Origin: a virus | Lineage: Duplodnaviria; Caudoviricetes | Direction: 5' to 3' (one strand) | Virus record (IMG/VR): IMGVR_UViG_3300011577_000001 | DNA: 64,000 nt | Shown here: positions 58,099-64,000 of the stretch, piece by piece | Layout of the letters: every line of letters begins with the position of its first letter | How positions within the stretch are numbered: position 1 is the stretch's first letter | Notes under the pieces: generated by a model | What the model was told of the DNA's origin: nothing | Database searches by the model: none | The model's input: only the letters and a program-made list of their open reading frames with translations | Made by a program: the position numbers and the translations under genes

Positions 58099-59418
58099 TT
58101 AAACGATGATGTGCGGGATGAAGCGTTCGTTCTTCCACGACAGGGTCGGGGATTCGAACTCACGGATACACAGGGTGGCCGCAGTCGAGTCGAACATGTC
58201 ATCACGGTCTTCCACAGCGTCAGGCACCATGAACATACCGATGATGAAGTTGTTACGACCTTCTACCTGGCCCGGCGGACAGTACGCTTGATATACGCAG
58301 TCGTCGGTGTAAGGACCTTCGGACTCGTGAACCAGTTCGTTCTCGTCACCGAACACCTTGACGTTGGACGACATGCGACCAACCTTCGGCTTCTGCACGT
58401 AGGACATACCGGAAGCGATGAAGTGCTCAGGCGTGGTGTAGGTAGCCAGAGTTGCTACGTCATCCCACTGGCAACCGTAACCCGCTGGGTCAGATTCACG
58501 CAGGTAGGTGATGTAGGCCCAGATACCTTTGTTCGAAGCGAACCAGCGCCACGCAGGCTCGAGGAAGGTTACGTTGTTGGCCCAGTACTGCCACTCTTTG
58601 TAACCTTGCGGGAAGTTCTCGACCATCTCTTCCCACGGCGACAGTGCGAACACCACGTCCAGACGACGATCACCAATCACCCACGGCTTCTCACGGCAAG
58701 CGTGATCGTAGTCGATGTCGGTGAAGTCGGCGAACAGGGTGGTGTTGTTCTGATTCAGGATCTGAGCCAGCGTTTCGCACGTTGCCATGTCTTCGAAGCT
58801 GTCCTTCTCGAACAGCACACCGACGTAGCCAGGCACCTTGCCCATTTCTTCGAGTTCGTGGATCAGCGTGTGCCAGAACATGTTGAGCTGGTCTTCCTCG
58901 TCACCGGTGAACTGCTTGCACAGCTCGGTTTGGAGGTTGACCGATTCGAACAACATGGTCGGGGTATCGCCGTTGAACTCGTAGATGCCCTTGACAGTTT
59001 CAGTCACGGGATCGAACGCCGCATCGAAACGACCGTACAACGACTGGCGAGCCGAAGTGTGGGTACGGAAGGTGTGCTTCGCGTAGTCGATGAAGAACGG
59101 ATGTTTGCGCAGGAAATCGCAACCCATGAACTCCATGATGGTGCTATGGGATTCATTGAACAGACGACCTACCGCGTCAACCAGTTGAGCGTAAGCGCGC
59201 TCGAAGTGCGTTTCCAGACCCGCGCAGGATTCCTGCTTGATGGTGTAGAAAGGCATCGCCGACTGGTTCTTGAGGAAGTAATCGAAATAATCGGTTACAT
59301 CCTTTTTGAAGACGCCGTCAGAGATAGCACCTTCGCGGTAGAAACCTTGGGACCAAGGCAGCTCTTCAACCATGATTTTGTTCAGGTTGAAGTTAATGGG
59401 TTTCAGAATACATTGCAT
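58099..59418 (-). CDS. Glutathionylspermidine synthase family ATP-grasp protein (YgiC/YjfC-like)
   Basis: LYGRFD, YEFNGDTPT.L.ES, F.LSPWE, EPAW...SNKG..A, YVQKP..GR.S.NV, F.PH. Confidence 0.88.
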   Translation of the reverse strand: MQCILKPINFNLNKIMVEELPWSQGFYREGAISDGVFKKDVTDYFDYFLKNQSAMPFYTIKQESCAGLETHFERAYAQLVDAVGRLFNESHSTIMEFMGCDFLRKHPFFIDYAKHTFRTHTSARQSLYGRFDAAFDPVTETVKGIYEFNGDTPTMLFESVNLQTELCKQFTGDEEDQLNMFWHTLIHELEEMGKVPGYVGVLFEKDSFEDMATCETLAQILNQNNTTLFADFTDIDYDHACREKPWVIGDRRLDVVFALSPWEEMVENFPQGYKEWQYWANNVTFLEPAWRWFASNKGIWAYITYLRESDPAGYGCQWDDVATLATYTTPEHFIASGMSYVQKPKVGRMSSNVKVFGDENELVHESEGPYTDDCVYQAYCPPGQVEGRNNFIIGMFMVPDAVEDRDDMFDSTAATLCIREFESPTLSWKNERFIPHIIV

Positions 59419-59420
59419 AC

Positions 59421-60029
59421 TTAGCTGCTCGCCGATCCGTGAGAGGCTGCACGTGCACTGCTACCGGACATGACGCCGGTGGAGCGAGAGGACATGACAG
59501 TCGAAGACATCTTCGATTGGAAGTTAGGAGACGAACGGACACTGTTACGTGCCGAGTTCATCATCATGGTGGTGTTCGCCGAACTGACGGAGTTCATGCG
59601 ACGACGACGCTCGTCCTCAGCGTAAGTGCTGGAAGACAGCGGGCGGTGTTGTTGAGCGTAACCAGCCATGCCACCCGGAGACGAAGTCATTGCTTTGGCC
59701 AGCAGGTAGCCTGCCGCCATACCGCCGAGCAATGGCCACATGGTGTCGGAGTTTTGACCGTCTGCGGTCTCCTTCACGATGTGTACTTGCTTCTCGCCCT
59801 TCTCGTTGTAAGAGAAGTAGACGTCTTTGACACTCGGATCTTTCGACTGGAGTTCGGCGAGGGTTTTCTTGCGATCTTCCTCATCGGACGCCAAGGTCTG
59901 ACGGACCTGCTTTTGTGCCTCATCTTCGACGTAAGCACGCTCTTCGTCGGCAGATGGTTGAGCCGGTTCACAGCCAGTCAGCGCAGCGGAAGCCGCGAGG
60001 GCCAGCAGAGTGAGTTTGGATTTATCCAT
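59421..60029 (-). CDS. Lipoprotein, YgiB/DUF1190-like
   Basis: Lipobox ALTGC; WPLLGGMAAGYLLAKAM helix; Ser/Arg/Gly-rich tail; 2 bp upstream of the YgiC-like gene. Confidence 0.7.
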   Translation of the reverse strand: MDKSKLTLLALAASAALTGCEPAQPSADEERAYVEDEAQKQVRQTLASDEEDRKKTLAELQSKDPSVKDVYFSYNEKGEKQVHIVKETADGQNSDTMWPLLGGMAAGYLLAKAMTSSPGGMAGYAQQHRPLSSSTYAEDERRRRMNSVSSANTTMMMNSARNSVRSSPNFQSKMSSTVMSSRSTGVMSGSSARAASHGSASS

Positions 60030-60088
60030 GGAACAAAAGCCTTAATAAAAGAAAGAAGGGAAAGGGGACCGAAGTCCCCTCGCAAGGA

Positions 60089-60397
60089 TCAAGTAGCCAT
60101 CGGTGAGAACGAGTCAATGACGATTACTGCTTGTCCTGGCTCTTTCAGCTTCTGGCGAAACGCAGCAAGGAAACCTTGCGCGTCAAACGGCGGGTTGTTG
60201 GCAACCATACCCTTAGCCTGTTCCATTACCATGGCGGTAACTTGAGGCGTAGTGTCGTAGTAGCCAGCAGTGATATCCACCTGCACTTGATTCTTGTGCC
60301 CCGTATTTTCAAACAGATTGAAGACGTTATTGAATTGCTTGCTCAAACGACATTCCCCGAGAAAGTCTTTGATGAAGGTGTTTATAGGTCTTTCCAC
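60089..60397 (-). CDS. Hypothetical protein
   Basis: Ends at hairpin 60063-60080; 5' end overlaps the HNH gene. Confidence 0.45.
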   Translation of the reverse strand: MERPINTFIKDFLGECRLSKQFNNVFNLFENTGHKNQVQVDITAGYYDTTPQVTAMVMEQAKGMVANNPPFDAQGFLAAFRQKLKEPGQAVIVIDSFSPMAT

Positions 60398-61079
60398 AAC
60401 GATCTGCCCATTGAGCTAAAGTCATGGTTTCCCCGGCGTGAGTATACTTGATAGGTTCCCTGCTAGCGGACATAATCGGTACGCCTTTGTTAGCGTATAC
60501 ACGACTAGCCACTGTTGCCCTTGGCACTCCGGCTAACTCGGCGATCTCAGTAATGGAACGCATGATACCTGTCCCATCATCGTATCGTACGCTACTACTC
60601 TTATTGTTAGCCTGTTCCTTCATCGTGGCCCAGTGACAATTATCGGGACAGTAGTTCCCGTCATTATCCCTGCGTTCGATGGAGTGGTCAGACGTAGGTC
60701 TCGGCCCCATGTCTTTATAGAAGGTTTCAAACGAATCCAACCATTCAGGACATACCTTGATTCCCCTACCGCCATATCGAGAATAGTTCTTCACCTTCTC
60801 GTTATAGCAACGGTTTACCATGGACTTATAGATGCCATATTCCGACGATCTAGAGAGACCATGTTTCCTCGTCCTCTCCGCAGAAAGTTCTCTCCCTAGA
60901 CAACCGCAACTCTTAGTTCTACCGTCCCTAAGTTTGGCACCATCTACCGATCTCATTTCGCCACAGACACAACGACAGATCCAGTGCGGTGGGGTAGGGG
61001 AGATTTTTTGACAATCCCTCTTTATTACAGTCAGACGACCGTATAATCCGCCTGTTAAATCTACCAGTTTCACGAACAC
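60327..61079 (-). mobile_element. Free-standing HNH homing endonuclease gene
   Basis: DLTG..YGRLTV, WICRCVCG, KSCGC, YGGRGIKVCPEW, SIERRDNDGNYCPDNCHWAT..EQANN; more AT-rich codon usage than neighbours. Confidence 0.8.
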
Positions 61080-61127
61080 CCTCCTTTAGGGCATAAAAGG
61101 AGGGGTGTGTCCGCACCCCTCGTATAG

Positions 61128-62798
61128 TTAAACTGCGGCTTTAGGGAATTGAATCTTCGCAGCGTATTTATAATTTTCGACCTTCACGTCGTCCATCTTG
61201 AAATCGAAGATGTTGGTGATGTGAGGGTTCAAACGAATGATCGGATTGGAATCCTTGACGGGTTCCTGATCCAGCCACTTGAGCACCGCAGGCCACTGGT
61301 TCTCGTAGATATGGCAATCGCCGCCGGTCCAGGTGAAGGTATCGGTAGCGTGACCAGTTACTTGAGCGACCATGTGGGTCAGGATGGTGTACTGTACAAC
61401 GTTGAACGGATGACCCAGTGGAATGTCGTTACTACGCATGTACAAGTGCGACGACAGCTTACGGGTCGGGACTTTGGCATCGTCCAGGAACTTGAAGAAG
61501 TCGGGGTTGTGCTTGAACTCGGCTTCATGGCGACGATCGTCGTGCATGGTAGCCATTGCCAGCATTTCTTCCGACAGGTGCTCGAAACCAGCAGGCTTGT
61601 GCATACCCAGCCACACCAGGCGCTCCTTGACCGACATCGGCTTGGAGAAGAACTGGCAGAACGTGTGACAAGGACGCAGCGCCATCTCATCCAGCTCAGC
61701 CACGTTCCACGCCGACAGGATAATGCCCCGGTCGTCAGGATTGTTCTTGAGCTGATCAACGAGCTTCTCGATTTGATCGATTTCTCGACGCATCAAGATA
61801 CCACCACTACGAAGCTCGTCAACAGTTTCCCAACCTGCGTCGCGATGCTGCGGGAACTCGACACCATCGTCTTTGATGACTTTCATCTGTTCCCAGTGAC
61901 GCCATTGATGCTGGTAGATCTTCGGCAGTTCGCCAGCAGTCATGTACTGCGTCTCTACGTCAGCCGCATGAGCGTATTGGTAGAAGACGTCGACCAGTGG
62001 TGAGTCGTCAGGGATGGTGTCTACGATCGCACCCAGCAGCGGCAGCAGCCACTTACGGTTGGTAGCACGTTCGTCGTTCACCAGATCCAACAGCGCCGAG
62101 GACAGCTTCGGCTTGGAGGCACCAGCAGCCAGATGACGAATGAACGGAATCAGGCACCCAGCGTCCGCATAAGCGAACAGCATTTCCTGCGGAGTCAGGT
62201 GACGGTATTCGGCCGTACCAGCTTTGACCCAGGAATCCCAGATACCGATCTTGTGCTTCTTGAGGAAGCGCACGTTGGTATCGCCCGACAGCATCCACAG
62301 CAGTTCGCCGATGATGCCGAAGTTCCAGTTGAACTTGGTGGAGATCGATGGTACCTGACCCCCACTGATGTCCACGGCGTAAGACTGCGAGTTGATCGCA
62401 CGGGAACGCACCCCGGTACGAGTCTCACTGTCTACACCTTCTTCCATGATCTTGAGTACCAGATCGCGGACATGGTGGTCAACGGTTTTCGGAGAGCTGA
62501 GTCCGACGACCGCTTTGTGGATGCTGGACGGCGACATGTCGAACTTGTAGTGCTTCAAGCGCCACAGCTTGGCCGAGACCTCAGGACGGAACTCGAATGG
62601 GATACGAGCGTTGTCCAGAGCGCAGATAACGTCACCTACCTGCATCGGATCATTCAGGTCAGCCAACCCGGCCATGTAGTTGCCCGATTCGGACAGCAGT
62701 AACATGCGGTCGTGGAAGCTGTAGAAGTTCAGCGAGTTGTTGTCGTGTTCTTCGATCAGCTTACGGGCAGTGCGCATACGTTCATTCAGATCTTTCAT
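61128..62798 (-). CDS. thyA: Thymidylate synthase with N-terminal extension and internal insertions
   Basis: TRTG, ELLW.LSG.TN, IWDSW, YQHQWR, MALRPCH, YMRSND..LG.PFN, GDCHIYEN. Confidence 0.92.
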   Translation of the reverse strand: MKDLNERMRTARKLIEEHDNNSLNFYSFHDRMLLLSESGNYMAGLADLNDPMQVGDVICALDNARIPFEFRPEVSAKLWRLKHYKFDMSPSSIHKAVVGLSSPKTVDHHVRDLVLKIMEEGVDSETRTGVRSRAINSQSYAVDISGGQVPSISTKFNWNFGIIGELLWMLSGDTNVRFLKKHKIGIWDSWVKAGTAEYRHLTPQEMLFAYADAGCLIPFIRHLAAGASKPKLSSALLDLVNDERATNRKWLLPLLGAIVDTIPDDSPLVDVFYQYAHAADVETQYMTAGELPKIYQHQWRHWEQMKVIKDDGVEFPQHRDAGWETVDELRSGGILMRREIDQIEKLVDQLKNNPDDRGIILSAWNVAELDEMALRPCHTFCQFFSKPMSVKERLVWLGMHKPAGFEHLSEEMLAMATMHDDRRHEAEFKHNPDFFKFLDDAKVPTRKLSSHLYMRSNDIPLGHPFNVVQYTILTHMVAQVTGHATDTFTWTGGDCHIYENQWPAVLKWLDQEPVKDSNPIIRLNPHITNIFDFKMDDVKVENYKYAAKIQFPKAAV

Positions 62799-62807
62799 TT
62801 TCTGTCC

Positions 62808-63008
62808 TTACAGAACTTTGACCGCAGTGGTACCGCGAATCACGGTTTGACCATGGGTCGGAATGTTATTGTGGTCCATAGCCTTGACGAGTGCTTCCTC
62901 GTAGGTATAGCCATCGGTCTCGAACTTCTGGATTTCCGCCTTCCAGTTGGACTGCTGCTTGAACAGACCCAGGCGCTCTTGAAGAACGAGCTTACGCTTC
63001 TTCTGCAT
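62808..63008 (-). CDS. Hypothetical protein
   Basis: Overlaps the upstream stop; GGAG RBS. Confidence 0.55.
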   Translation of the reverse strand: MQKKRKLVLQERLGLFKQQSNWKAEIQKFETDGYTYEEALVKAMDHNNIPTHGQTVIRGTTAVKVL

Positions 63009-63816
63009 ACTTCTTCTCCACGTGTTCGTACAGGAAGTTCAGGGTTTCAAAGAACACTTGACCGAGGTCATTGTATTCAAAGGTAGAGCGTGGTATGTCG
63101 TCAGTGCAGCCAACGACCAGTTCCCATTCCCGGATGTCATGATTCCACGCCAAGCTCCAAGAACAGCCCAGTTCGATACACAGCTTGTAGACTTCCTTAT
63201 AGAAGGAATCAAATGCTGGGTGAGTTGGTCCGTCGAGCTTCGGTAGGCCGGTAGGCTTGGTCAGATTCCAACGGCGAGCATTCAGCCAGACTTCTGGTCG
63301 TGGAGGCAGAGTACCTTGCCAACCCATGGTGTACGGTTTGCTGGTCATGAAGCCCAACATATCGAACACCGGAGTCATCGGGTTGTTACGCTCTACCGCT
63401 TCAACACGGGTGAGGTGAGCGCGCAGTGCGTCCGCCTCAACCGCAGCAAAGCCTTCGTCGTCGTACACCAAGCAGTGTTGTACCGCCTCGATGAAGTCCG
63501 CCATGTAGGAGAAATAGTCCTCGGTACTGGACAACTTGACGATGCCAGTCAGCGTAGGCTTGATATCTTTACCGGAGGCGTAGTGACCCAGCTCGGAGTT
63601 GTTGACAGTCACCGTGAACATACCCAACTGCATGTTCTCTTTGGTGTTGTAGCTACCGGTCACGCGGATCGGGTACGGTGTACCTTTCTTGTCGCACAGG
63701 TCGATCTTGTCGAGATTGTTCGTTTGCCACTCGAACTTCTCCAGACGCTGATCTTTGGACAAGTTGCGCAGCATACCTGGAATGACGGTTCCGATCTGAT
63801 ACATGTTTGCATACAC
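62992..63816 (-). CDS. Hypothetical protein
   Basis: 274 aa with phage-like codon bias. Confidence 0.7.
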   Translation of the reverse strand: MYANMYQIGTVIPGMLRNLSKDQRLEKFEWQTNNLDKIDLCDKKGTPYPIRVTGSYNTKENMQLGMFTVTVNNSELGHYASGKDIKPTLTGIVKLSSTEDYFSYMADFIEAVQHCLVYDDEGFAAVEADALRAHLTRVEAVERNNPMTPVFDMLGFMTSKPYTMGWQGTLPPRPEVWLNARRWNLTKPTGLPKLDGPTHPAFDSFYKEVYKLCIELGCSWSLAWNHDIREWELVVGCTDDIPRSTFEYNDLGQVFFETLNFLYEHVEKKYAEEA

Positions 63817-64000
63817 CTTCTGAGGTTTTAGAGAACAACGTAAGCGACGGACGAATCGAGGATATGGTCCATCATTGCAGTTTTATGCGTGTGCATATCT
63901 TTCAAGCTTTCGTAGATGAAGCATTCCTGCAAAGCATCCAAGAAAGTTTCGAGCTTGCTGTATACGTCGCCTGGGTCACGGAAGTTACCCACATATACGG

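Noticed and set aside
61128-62798. ThyA-like gene as a dCMP hydroxymethylase feeding base hypermodification
   Set aside because: It retains PFN (Asn, dUMP-specific) rather than Asp, and DHFR is present, consistent with ordinary dTMP synthesis.

Overview
This window comes from a phiKZ-like jumbo myophage genome (Chimalliviridae-type gene order), probably from a Pseudomonas-like host. All product calls come from motif recognition and recalled synteny; no database searches were run. (1) 1-8.5 kb: a tightly coupled + strand operon with five radical SAM genes carrying SPASM-like Cys clusters, three HxH-type 2OG-Fe(II) oxygenase-like genes and three unknown genes. This is the most unusual system in the window, and its substrate is not evident. 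(2) 8.5-31.6 kb: phiKZ-like core block with a modular endolysin, head protein, overlapping spanins, RuvC, tail/baseplate proteins (one with 11 tandem xG[FL]xY repeats), portal, a non-virion RNAP beta-like subunit, major capsid protein and DnaB-like helicase. (3) 31.6-64 kb: mostly - strand early/accessory and nucleotide-metabolism genes. These include DHFR, a DHH phosphoesterase, NAD-dependent ligase, NrdAB (NrdA has a degenerate Hint/intein-like insert in the catalytic loop), an Ntn-hydrolase-like protein, a YgiB/YgiC-like lipoprotein plus ATP-grasp pair, an HNH endonuclease and an enlarged ThyA. Five TATATTAC-type early promoters and many hairpin terminators followed by a TATGCC tail are visible. 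No CRISPR array, tRNA or rRNA was recognised.
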